Shown piece after piece: positions 54,383 through 63,770 of a DNA stretch of 64,000 nt; positions within the stretch are counted from its first letter, which is position 1; the number at the start of each line of letters is the position of its first letter. The position numbers and the translations under genes were made by a program. This stretch comes from Acetofilamentum sp. (GTDB lineage: Bacteria; Hydrothermota; 32-111). The stretch is taken from positions 243,149 to 307,148 of the forward strand of contig DYMB01000001.1 of assembly GCA_020721805.1 (NCBI GenBank), in the 5' to 3' direction. The notes under the pieces were generated by a model. It was not told where the DNA came from. It saw only the letters and a list, made by a program, of their open reading frames with translations, and did not search any database.

Positions 54383-56500
54383 ATGATAAGAATATTGAAA
54401 AAGACGATTTTTCTATTTTTTTTCATCCTTTTCTTTTTTAAAATTTTCACAGGTTATGGTATAATTGATGGAGATTTTCTTGATGAATATGTCCCTAAAT
54501 TTTTTCTTTTAAAAAATTCTTTTCACTCTTTTAAATTCCCTATTTATGAAAAATCTTTTGGATTAGGTTTTCCCATATACAAAGATATACAATCCGGCAT
54601 TTTTTATCCATTAAACTGGCTTGTAATGTTACCTTTTGATTTTATGTTTATGGTTCATATTATTATTCTGTTAAATGTTTTGATACTATTTTTTGGTATC
54701 TATAAACTTTTAAAAAGGTTAAAAATTGAAAATGACTTTTCTTTATTACTTTCGCTTATTTTTACCTTTTCTTCTTTTACGATCTCCCATATTCCACACT
54801 ATACCATAATCGCTTCTCTTACCGTCCTGCCTTATGTTTTAATTTCGCTTATAGATTTTTTCGAAAAACAAAATAAAAAAAGTTTTATACTTACAGTTAT
54901 CCTCTTTTTGCTTCAATTAGCAGCGGGGCATCCTCAGATATTTTTTTACACTCTTCTACTTTCCTTTTTTATTTTTTTAATACGGTACAGAAACTTTAAA
55001 AATTTTCTTTATCTTTTTATACTATTATTCTTCTCTTTCTTTGTTTCACTCTTTATCATAATCCCAACTTTTGAAGTATTCAAATTCTCATACAGAATGG
55101 ATCTTAACTATAACACTATTCCTGTGAAATATTTGATTTTAACACTCTTTCCAGATCTTTTTGGCGGAGTTTCAACAATTTTTAAAAGAGCGTATGATGG
55201 TTTGTCAAATATAAATGAAACTTCATTTTATTTTTCTTTACTCTTCTTTTTTTCACTATCCTTTTCGATATATGATATTTTTGTTAACGGAAACCTGAAA
55301 AGTTTAAAAAAATATTTATTACCACTCTTTTTTCTATCAATATCTTTTCTGGATTTTATCTATTTAAAAATTTTTTTAACACCCTATAGGGCTCTATCAA
55401 TTTCGATAGGCATTTTTCTTTTACTCTTTTTACCAGAAATGTTGAAAAAAATGGAAAAAAAGTTTTTACTCTTTTCAATTCTTTTTTTTACCTTCCTACT
55501 TCTTTTTATTTTGTTGAGAAGTTTTTCATTTAGAAGATATATGATAACAATTTTATTTTTTATATGCTATATCTTGTTTTTTCATTTTGTGTGGTTAAAA
55601 GAAGATTATGGGAAAGATTTTAAAATCTTATTTCTTTCTGTTATCATACTTTTGGATCTCTTTGTTTTAACAGGTAATATTATAAAATTTGAAAAAATGG
55701 AAAAAATAAAAAATGTTCCATACGATGAACTTTCGGGTAAGTATATTTTAACCTTTATACCTGAAGATATACTCTTTTATAAAGAGTATATAAAAGAATA
55801 TTTTGATGTTTACGATCTTGAAGTTCTAAAAAAATATTCAACATATGGTAACAGAGGGATATACTATTCATCATATTCTTTCAACCTATATCAAAATTTT
55901 ACTTTTAAAAAGTATGTTGAATTTTTTGATGATCCATCCATAATGACGGGTGGTTTTTCAAATCTCAATTTTATACTCAATCCTCTTTATCTGGATTATG
56001 ATTATGTTTTTGTTCCCGATGTTCCTATAATACTTAAAGTTAAAGATTTTTTGAGAATCGATTTCAAAACTGGATTCAGGGATACTCTGTTAATTTTTTA
56101 TGATGGGGATTTTGATGGTCTTGAACCTTTACCCATAAAGGAGCCATACCTGAAAGATATAAAGGATTTAAAAAGTTCTATAATCTATGTTGAAAAGGAT
56201 TTAAGGTTTTTCGGGAAAGGTGAAATTTATATGATTAAAAAATTGAATACCGGTAAAATACTCCATTTTCCATACATTTTTGAAAATTCTGGTTTTGAAA
56301 CTCTTTCAAAAGATCCTTTTTATCTTTTCAAAAAGAATGGTGAAAGAAAAAATAAAAATTATATAACAAATCCTGTTGATGGCAGTTTTGTTGATGAAAA
56401 AAGACTCAAGTTTATTCCCTACGATCTTTTAATGGGATTTCTCGTTTCAATTATTTCCTTTATCGTTTTATTATATTATTCAAAAAAGGAGTTTGGATGA
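54383..56500 (+). CDS. YfhO-like polytopic GT-C fold glycosyltransferase
   Basis: Acidic GDFLDE loop after TM1, G.P....QSG.FYPLNW, AGHPQ, NET.FY; about 12-14 TMs, an external domain and a final TM. Confidence 0.7.
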   Translation: MIRILKKTIFLFFFILFFFKIFTGYGIIDGDFLDEYVPKFFLLKNSFHSFKFPIYEKSFGLGFPIYKDIQSGIFYPLNWLVMLPFDFMFMVHIIILLNVLILFFGIYKLLKRLKIENDFSLLLSLIFTFSSFTISHIPHYTIIASLTVLPYVLISLIDFFEKQNKKSFILTVILFLLQLAAGHPQIFFYTLLLSFFIFLIRYRNFKNFLYLFILLFFSFFVSLFIIIPTFEVFKFSYRMDLNYNTIPVKYLILTLFPDLFGGVSTIFKRAYDGLSNINETSFYFSLLFFFSLSFSIYDIFVNGNLKSLKKYLLPLFFLSISFLDFIYLKIFLTPYRALSISIGIFLLLFLPEMLKKMEKKFLLFSILFFTFLLLFILLRSFSFRRYMITILFFICYILFFHFVWLKEDYGKDFKILFLSVIILLDLFVLTGNIIKFEKMEKIKNVPYDELSGKYILTFIPEDILFYKEYIKEYFDVYDLEVLKKYSTYGNRGIYYSSYSFNLYQNFTFKKYVEFFDDPSIMTGGFSNLNFILNPLYLDYDYVFVPDVPIILKVKDFLRIDFKTGFRDTLLIFYDGDFDGLEPLPIKEPYLKDIKDLKSSIIYVEKDLRFFGKGEIYMIKKLNTGKILHFPYIFENSGFETLSKDPFYLFKKNGERKNKNYITNPVDGSFVDEKRLKFIPYDLLMGFLVSIISFIVLLYYSKKEFG

Positions 56501-59238
56501 TGAAAAAAATATTATTATTTTTTGTCATATCGTTGCAGATTATGCTTTATGCGAATAAGACCAACAGGGCTGATTATTATTTTGATGTTGAACTTGATGA
56601 TAAAAACAGGATAATAAGAGGTTATGCTGATATCGTTTACAAAAATTTTACTCAGGATACTTTAAAAGATATGGTTTTTCATCTTTATGCCAACCTTTTT
56701 AGAAAGGATGGTGATTTTTTAAAAAGAAAAATAAAATCGTCCTGGGAAGGTTATACACGGATAGATTCGATACTCGAAGAGAATGAAAGAAACGATTCTT
56801 TTAGAGTTGATAAAACTCTTGGATACTTGAAATTGAAAAATTATATTTTGCCTTATGATTCTTTAAAACTGAGAATATATTTTGAAAATAAAGTTCCATA
56901 TCCATTTTTAAGGGAGGGCTATTCGAAAGGAGAGTACAATATTTCGCAATGGTATCCAAAGGTTGCTGTTTATAAAGATGGTAAATGGGCTCAATTTCAG
57001 GCAAGCAGAGAGAGTGAATTTTTCAACGAGTATGGTGATTATTATCTGAAAATAAGGTTGCCAAAAAAATATTTTCTTTTTGGAACCGGGGATGCCATCT
57101 ATCCTGATGAGGATAAAAAGTTTCTCGACTCCCTTCTTTATGATGAAAAATTGAAATACAAAATGAACACAAACGATTCTTTAAAAATAGTTGAACTTCA
57201 CGCTTTGAATGTTAACGATATGGCTTTTATTCTTGTAAATGATTTTTCCTATCTGAAGAAAGAAAAGAACGGAATAACAGTTGAAATAGCTTGTAGAAAG
57301 AGAAATTTTAAATATTACAAAGAACTTATTGAAAAGGTCCACGGGATACTGGATTTCTATTCCAACCTCTATTTCCCATATCCATATTCAAAAATCACCA
57401 TAGTCGATGGGCTGTTGAGAGCAGGTGGAGGTATGGAATATCCCCAGTTTATAGTTATGGGTCCTATTTTATCTATAGATAGAAAGTTTAGAAATATAGT
57501 AAGGTATGAATACCTTGAGGATGTTATTTCCCATGAAATCGCACATCAATGGTTTTATCTAATGATAGGATCAAATGAGGCGATGGAACCTTTTCTGGAT
57601 GAAGGTTTTGCAACATATTCACAGATAACCTATATGGAAAATAGGTATGGTGAAAAAAACCAGTTAACACTTTTTAATAGAAAAGTTTACGATCTCTTTA
57701 CAACACATTATTTGAATTTTTTAAATTTACAGAAAAACAAAAAGGGTGTGCCTATAAACTATTCTTCCTTTGATACTAAAAAAGATAATTATACCATTTT
57801 CTATTCAAAGGGATATCTGATAATTAAGAAAATTGAAGATATCGTCTTGAAGGATAGTTTTAAAATTTATATTAAAGATTTTTTTAAAGAGTACAAATTT
57901 ACTCATCCAAGTATAGATGAGTTTTTTAAATTTATTAACGAGAGGAGTGGTGGAAAATATCAACATTCTTTAAAATCTCTTCTTTATGAAAATATTTATA
58001 CCGATTACTGTTTTGAAAAAATTTCACAGGGAAAGGAAAAGAATAAGTATGTCTTGAAAAATCTTTATCCCATAGATCTACCGGTTGATGTAAAATTTAT
58101 TATGAAGGATGGAGAATCTTTCGTTAAAAGAGTTGATGTGCAAAAGGATACCATAATGTTTGAAAAGAAGTCGATGAGTAATATAACGATAGATCCAGAA
58201 AAGAGTTCTCTCGATATAAACTATTTTAACAATTCCATAAAACCCCAGTTTAAAATTCACACATTCTTTGAAATTTTTGAGATAGATAAAAACAATCTTT
58301 ATTTTTATCCATTCTTTGATTACACGATTCTTGACAAATTCACTCCGGGTGTTAAAACAAAAATTTTTGATCTTTTAAAAATATCATCCCCATATTTCAA
58401 CCTGATCGGAGATTATTCTATAGATATTTTTACAGGTTATAACATAAAAAATGAGAGTTTCTATTTGAAATTTGATTTAAACACTTTTCAGGAAAACAGA
58501 GTTGGTAATGGAATCTACTTGAAATATTCAAAAGAGTTTGTAAACTTCACACCAAAATTTTTCTATTTTCTTAACGAAAAGGATTTTGGTCAAAATATAT
58601 TGATATCTTACAATTTTAGAAAAAGTTTATCTCCATCAGATTATTATATATACCTTTTCCCACAAGGGAAAATAGGATCTATGGATCTTAACTATAATTT
58701 TTATAAAAATTTATCCCAAGGTAAAATAAGAGGGGAAATTAGTCTTAACTTCTATGATAAAATAATATATTCTGATTTTAATTCAGTGGATTTAAAAACT
58801 GGTTTAAACTATGATTTTAATTTAAGTAGATTTAATATAGATCTGGGTTATGATTTTGAATTTTTAAAGGGAGAAAATAATAGCCTGACATCTATAAATT
58901 TATATTCCAGAAGATGGAGTTTTTTTGATCGTTACACTTTGAATTTTTCAAACTATCCTATCACTCTAAACGATATAGCCGGAGGATATGGGTATCTTAC
59001 TGATACGACCCAGACCTTTAAATATTTGAATAGATTCAGAGTCAAGATAAACTTTATATATCAAGATTTAATTATCGCTGGAAAAGATAAGCCTGAAATA
59101 TTTTATCAAACCGGATTGATTTTTAATTTCTTTGATCTTATGACATTGCAGATACCTCTTTACAATAAAGATAAGGGTTTTATAGTTAAAGATAGATTAG
59201 ATATGCTTTTCGATTTTAAATTTATAAAAAACTTTTGA
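56497..59238 (+). CDS. Exported M1 family zinc aminopeptidase with a long beta-rich C-terminal extension
   Basis: Signal peptide; FHLY.N, QWYPK, GGMEYP, HEIAHQWF..(18)..DEG, YSKG, IDP; ends in aromatic beta-strands and a terminal Phe. Confidence 0.88.
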   Translation: MMKKILLFFVISLQIMLYANKTNRADYYFDVELDDKNRIIRGYADIVYKNFTQDTLKDMVFHLYANLFRKDGDFLKRKIKSSWEGYTRIDSILEENERNDSFRVDKTLGYLKLKNYILPYDSLKLRIYFENKVPYPFLREGYSKGEYNISQWYPKVAVYKDGKWAQFQASRESEFFNEYGDYYLKIRLPKKYFLFGTGDAIYPDEDKKFLDSLLYDEKLKYKMNTNDSLKIVELHALNVNDMAFILVNDFSYLKKEKNGITVEIACRKRNFKYYKELIEKVHGILDFYSNLYFPYPYSKITIVDGLLRAGGGMEYPQFIVMGPILSIDRKFRNIVRYEYLEDVISHEIAHQWFYLMIGSNEAMEPFLDEGFATYSQITYMENRYGEKNQLTLFNRKVYDLFTTHYLNFLNLQKNKKGVPINYSSFDTKKDNYTIFYSKGYLIIKKIEDIVLKDSFKIYIKDFFKEYKFTHPSIDEFFKFINERSGGKYQHSLKSLLYENIYTDYCFEKISQGKEKNKYVLKNLYPIDLPVDVKFIMKDGESFVKRVDVQKDTIMFEKKSMSNITIDPEKSSLDINYFNNSIKPQFKIHTFFEIFEIDKNNLYFYPFFDYTILDKFTPGVKTKIFDLLKISSPYFNLIGDYSIDIFTGYNIKNESFYLKFDLNTFQENRVGNGIYLKYSKEFVNFTPKFFYFLNEKDFGQNILISYNFRKSLSPSDYYIYLFPQGKIGSMDLNYNFYKNLSQGKIRGEISLNFYDKIIYSDFNSVDLKTGLNYDFNLSRFNIDLGYDFEFLKGENNSLTSINLYSRRWSFFDRYTLNFSNYPITLNDIAGGYGYLTDTTQTFKYLNRFRVKINFIYQDLIIAGKDKPEIFYQTGLIFNFFDLMTLQIPLYNKDKGFIVKDRLDMLFDFKFIKNF

Positions 59239-59246
59239 TTTATATA

Positions 59247-59275
59247 TTGACTTAACCCCATTATTTATATATATT
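59247..59275 (+). promoter_or_regulatory. sigma70-type promoter for the coiled-coil gene, leuS and truA
   Basis: TTGACT, 17 bp, TATATT; SD AGGAG before ATG 59301. Confidence 0.6.
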
Positions 59276-59300
59276 AAAAAAATAAAACGAAGGAGCATAT

Positions 59301-60581
59301 ATGAAAAAATCAACTTTCATTATATTTTTTTTAATTTGTATAATTATAATTTTGTTGATAAATTCTGTAATAATTTTAAAGTTTTCTCCTTCAAAGGAAA
59401 AAGGCATGGAAACTAATATTAAGGATATTTTAACAAAGGAGAGAATAGAATCTGGTTTTAGCATCGCAGATGTGATAAGCAATGCTGTTCTTGAACCTTT
59501 ACTTTATGAGGATGAAGCACCAATAATGGATATTGTTGTGAATACTGTAAAAAATTCAAACGGTTTATTAGATTATATAATAGTTATCGATGATAAAGGG
59601 CTCGTCTTTGGTGATTCAAAACAGCCCTTGAATGTTTTAAAACCTTTTAACGATCCTTCTATAAACCTTTTGAAAAGTGAAAACAGGCAGGTTCAGGATA
59701 AAGGAAAAGATTATTACGATCTGGGGCTTTCTATAAAAACTGGTGATAAGAAGAGAGGTGAAATACATCTTGGTTTGAAAAAGGTTTCATTTGAAGAAAA
59801 AACGGAAAAATCTTCTGGCTCGTCTATAATTATTGTAGGGATAACATTTATTCTTGGTATCGTTTTGGCTTTAATATTCTCATTAACAATCTCTTCGAAA
59901 CTTTCAGAAGGGAAGGATTTTGTCAATTTAAGGTCTGCGAAGATAGATGGATTAAGAAAACAGGAAGATGAATTGCAAAAAAGTTTAGCATCCAAAAATA
60001 ATGAGATCAAAAGTAAAGAACAAAAAATATCTGAACTTGAAAAGAAGATAAAGGAGACAGGTTCAAAATATGATGAGGTCGATAGAATAATAAGGGAGAG
60101 CGAACAGGAAATTGAGGAAAAAAAGAAACAGGTAGAGTTTTATGAGAATAAAATATCTGAACTTGTAGAAAAACAAAAAAGTTTAAAAGAGCAGATAGAT
60201 AAGGTAAAAGAGAACGAAACCATCAATGTTGAAGCGGAAAAACTTAAAAATCAGATATCCAATCTTGAAATTCAACTTCAGCAGATAATAAATAATATCG
60301 AAGCGAAAAGAAATGAGGAAAAGAATCTTCTGGAAAGAATAAATCAACTTAAGACACAGGCTTCTTCCATACCTCAGAATGGAAGCATAGGTGCTGTGAT
60401 AGGCACTGAACTGGAAAAGAAAAAGAAAGAGGAATTTGAAATAACACAGAGAATAGTTGCAAAAAGGAAAGAAGAAATAGCCATATCACAAAGGCTTGAA
60501 TTAAAAAGAAAAAAAGAACTTGAACTTACAGGACGTTTGGAAATGCTCGAAAAGAAATTAAAAGAGATGGGGAATGGTTGA
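59301..60581 (+). CDS. Two-TM membrane protein with an external PDC/Cache-like domain and a long cytoplasmic coiled coil
   Basis: TM1, YIIVIDDKG.V..DS, GEIHLGL, TM2, then about 200 aa of K/E heptads; no kinase or cyclase motifs. Confidence 0.65.
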   Translation: MKKSTFIIFFLICIIIILLINSVIILKFSPSKEKGMETNIKDILTKERIESGFSIADVISNAVLEPLLYEDEAPIMDIVVNTVKNSNGLLDYIIVIDDKGLVFGDSKQPLNVLKPFNDPSINLLKSENRQVQDKGKDYYDLGLSIKTGDKKRGEIHLGLKKVSFEEKTEKSSGSSIIIVGITFILGIVLALIFSLTISSKLSEGKDFVNLRSAKIDGLRKQEDELQKSLASKNNEIKSKEQKISELEKKIKETGSKYDEVDRIIRESEQEIEEKKKQVEFYENKISELVEKQKSLKEQIDKVKENETINVEAEKLKNQISNLEIQLQQIINNIEAKRNEEKNLLERINQLKTQASSIPQNGSIGAVIGTELEKKKKEEFEITQRIVAKRKEEIAISQRLELKRKKELELTGRLEMLEKKLKEMGNG

Positions 60582-63036
60582 ACTTATGGAAGAATTAAAA
60601 AAAATAGAGGAAAAATGGAATAAAAGATGGAAAGAACTTTCCCTTCAAAAATTTAAAGGTGAAAGTGATAAAAAGAAATTTTATTTACTTGAAATGTTTG
60701 CTTATCCTTCGGGTGATCTTCATATGGGACATCTTAGGAATTATGTTATCGGTGATGTTCTTCACAGGTTTTTACTTATGAACGGGTATGATGTATTACA
60801 TCCAGTTGGGTGGGATGCTTTTGGTCTTCCTGCTGAAGGGGCAGCGATAAAAAGAGGAATATCTCCAGATAAGTGGACATACAACAATATTGGTATTTCA
60901 TCTTCAACTCTTAAAAAGATGGGACTTTTATACGATTGGGATAGAGAGGTTATCACATGCAGGGAAGATTACTATAAATGGACACAATGGATTTTTTTAA
61001 AGATGTATGAAAATGGTCTTGTTTACAGAAAAAAATCTTATGTAAACTGGTGTCCATCCTGTCAAACTGTTTTGGCTAACGAACAGGTTATCAATAACAA
61101 ATGCTGGAGATGCTCAAGCGAAATTACTAAGAAGGAACTTGAACAGTGGTATTTCAAAATCACATCCTATGCTCAGAAGTTGCTTGATGGTCTTGAAGAT
61201 TTGAAAGATTGGCCTGAAAATATAAAAACGATGCAGAAAAACTGGATTGGAAGATCTGAGGGTCTTCTAATAGATTTTCAAGTAAAGGGAACGGATCTTA
61301 AAATAAAAGTTTTTACAACAAGACCAGATACTATATATGGGGTGACATTCCTTGCAATAGCACCTGAACATGATCTTATAAAAATATTGAAATTTGATGA
61401 TGATAAAAAAGAGATGATTTTAAAATATATTGAGGATTCCATAAAAAAAAGTGAGATAGAGAGAAGTTCAACAGAGAAAGAAAAGAGTGGAGTATGGAGT
61501 GGTCTATACTGTATAAATCCTGTAAACGGAAGGGAAGTGAAGTTATTCATATGTGATTATGTTTTATCAGGATATGGAACAGGCGCGGTGATGGGAGTTC
61601 CAGCACACGATCAAAGAGATTTCGAATTCGCTCAGAAGAATGGTATAGAGATCATCCAGGTTATAAAACCAAAAGATTATGAGTGGGATTTTTCAAAAGG
61701 AGCGTATGTAGAGGATGGGATAACTTTAAATTCCGAACAGTTTTCAAATATGGAATCTTCTCTTATGAAAGAGAAAATTACCGATTTTATCGAAGAAAAA
61801 GGTTATGGGAAAAGGAGTGTTACTTATAGATTGAGGGATTGGCTAATATCCCGTCAAAGATATTGGGGCGCTCCCATTCCGATGATACATTGTGAAAGAT
61901 GTGGTATCGTCCCGGTACCCGAAAAGGATCTACCTGTTCGTTTACCAGATTCATCTGAAATCGATTTTACTCCAAAAGGAAAATCTCCATTGGAAAGTCA
62001 TAAAAGTTTTATGAATGTTAAATGTCCCATATGTGGGAATGATGCTTTAAGGGATCCAGATACTATGGATACCTTTGTTGACTCCTCCTGGTATCAGTTG
62101 AGATATGCCGATCCGAAGAATGATGAAAAGATTTTCGAAAAAGAACTTGTGGATAAATTTTTACCTGTTGATATGTATATAGGTGGTGCGGAACATGCCA
62201 ATGGTCATCTTATATATTTTAGATTTATAACAAAAGTTTTAAAAGATCTTGGATACCTTTCTTTCGATGAACCTGCACTTGCTCTTTTCAATCAGGGAAT
62301 GATAATGGATAAGAATGGAAATGTTATGTCAAAATCAGCGGGTAACGCTGTCCCTGTGGGACCATTCGTTGACAGATATGGAACCGATGTCGCAAGGGGA
62401 ACGGAACTATTTATAGGTCCCGCTGGAAAGGATGCTTTATGGTCAGAGGATGGTGTTATCGGTATTTCGAGATTTCTTGAGAGGTTGAAGAATTTCGCAT
62501 TCAAATATAATAAAAATATTGTAAAGGATTATACTCCACAAAACGATATAGAAAAAATGATTTTTGTAAAATTGAATAAAACAATAAAGCAGGTTGGTGA
62601 CGATATCCGTAATTTCAGTCATAACACGGCTTTAGCCTCAATGATGGAACTTTTAAACCTTCTTTATAAAGAGGAAAAAAATCTTTCATTTGAGTTTCTC
62701 AATTTTATAATATATAAATACACCCAGATAATATCACCCTTTATTCCACATTTAGCAGAGGAAATATATGAGGGATTCAATGAAAAGGATTCTATATTTC
62801 TTACCACATGGCCTGAATACGATAAAAACTTTCTGATGGAGGATAATGTTACAATAGTTGTTCAGATAGATGGCAAAATAAGAGACAGGCTTGTTGTCCA
62901 GAGGGATACGGATAAAGAGGAGATATTTAAATCGGTTATTCTTAACGAAACTGTAAAAAAATATCTGAAAGATAAAGAAATTGAAAAATATGTTTATGTT
63001 CCCAATAGGTTGATAAATTTGATTTTAAAAAAGTGA
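60574..63036 (+). CDS. leuS: Leucine--tRNA ligase
   Basis: YPSG.LHMGH, GWDAFGLPAE, FTTRPDT, GTGAVMGVPAHDQRD, SRQRYWG, VMSKS. Confidence 0.98.
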   Translation: MVELMEELKKIEEKWNKRWKELSLQKFKGESDKKKFYLLEMFAYPSGDLHMGHLRNYVIGDVLHRFLLMNGYDVLHPVGWDAFGLPAEGAAIKRGISPDKWTYNNIGISSSTLKKMGLLYDWDREVITCREDYYKWTQWIFLKMYENGLVYRKKSYVNWCPSCQTVLANEQVINNKCWRCSSEITKKELEQWYFKITSYAQKLLDGLEDLKDWPENIKTMQKNWIGRSEGLLIDFQVKGTDLKIKVFTTRPDTIYGVTFLAIAPEHDLIKILKFDDDKKEMILKYIEDSIKKSEIERSSTEKEKSGVWSGLYCINPVNGREVKLFICDYVLSGYGTGAVMGVPAHDQRDFEFAQKNGIEIIQVIKPKDYEWDFSKGAYVEDGITLNSEQFSNMESSLMKEKITDFIEEKGYGKRSVTYRLRDWLISRQRYWGAPIPMIHCERCGIVPVPEKDLPVRLPDSSEIDFTPKGKSPLESHKSFMNVKCPICGNDALRDPDTMDTFVDSSWYQLRYADPKNDEKIFEKELVDKFLPVDMYIGGAEHANGHLIYFRFITKVLKDLGYLSFDEPALALFNQGMIMDKNGNVMSKSAGNAVPVGPFVDRYGTDVARGTELFIGPAGKDALWSEDGVIGISRFLERLKNFAFKYNKNIVKDYTPQNDIEKMIFVKLNKTIKQVGDDIRNFSHNTALASMMELLNLLYKEEKNLSFEFLNFIIYKYTQIISPFIPHLAEEIYEGFNEKDSIFLTTWPEYDKNFLMEDNVTIVVQIDGKIRDRLVVQRDTDKEEIFKSVILNETVKKYLKDKEIEKYVYVPNRLINLILKK

Positions 63037-63758
63037 ACTATTTTGTGATTTGTGAGTTTGATGGTAGAAAGTTTGAGGGATGGCAGAGTCAACCATCCAA
63101 AAATACTATTCAGGATAAAATTGAGGATGCTCTTTCAAAGATTCTTAATGAAAAGATAAAAGTTGTTGGTGCGGGTAGAACAGATAGTGGTGTTTCAGCC
63201 TATAGATATCCTCTTTCATTTAAAACTGAAAAAAAAATAATAGATAAAAAGAGTTTTCTTCACGGTCTTAATTCCATCGTTGATAGAAAGATTTTTTTTT
63301 ATTCGGTAAAAGAGGTTGATGAAAATTTTTCAGCAAGATTTTCATGCAGGATGAGGATTTACAGGTATTATGTTTATAATGGCAACAGCCCTTTGAAAAA
63401 AGATTTCCACTGGCAGATCGATTACAGATTGGACATTGAAAAAATGAAAAAGTTTTTAGAGGATATTAAGGGAAGACACGATTTTTCATCTTTTTGCCGA
63501 AAGAAATCTTTACTTGAAAACAATATTGTAACATTGAGTTTAAGTGAAATAAAGGCTAAAGGTAGAGAGATAATTTTCACATTTGGTGCAGATAGATTTC
63601 TTCACAATATGGTGAGGTTTCTTGTTGGTTCAGCGATAGATATCGGGCGCGGAAAGGTGAATTTTTCAGCGAATGAATTACTTAAATTGAAAAATGTAAA
63701 ATATGCGGGCAAATTGGCTCCAGCCGAGGGGCTTATTTTTTATAAAGCTTACTATTGA
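63033..63758 (+). CDS. truA: tRNA pseudouridine(38-40) synthase
   Basis: DG..F.GWQ.Q, AGRTD.GV, F.ARFS...R.Y.Y, G.HDFSSF, FLHNMVR, APAEGL. Confidence 0.94.
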   Translation: MNYFVICEFDGRKFEGWQSQPSKNTIQDKIEDALSKILNEKIKVVGAGRTDSGVSAYRYPLSFKTEKKIIDKKSFLHGLNSIVDRKIFFYSVKEVDENFSARFSCRMRIYRYYVYNGNSPLKKDFHWQIDYRLDIEKMKKFLEDIKGRHDFSSFCRKKSLLENNIVTLSLSEIKAKGREIIFTFGADRFLHNMVRFLVGSAIDIGRGKVNFSANELLKLKNVKYAGKLAPAEGLIFYKAYY

Positions 63759-63770
63759 AGGAGGTTCTTT

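Noticed and set aside
18626-63036. TGA stops at gene junctions as selenocysteine or readthrough
   Set aside because: They are ordinary ATGA/GTGA-type overlaps. The proteins end at family-typical positions and no SECIS-like hairpin follows.
63170-63200. TruA GRTDSGVSA instead of GVHA as a sign of inactivation
   Set aside because: The catalytic Asp and all other motifs are intact, and Ser is a tolerated variant.
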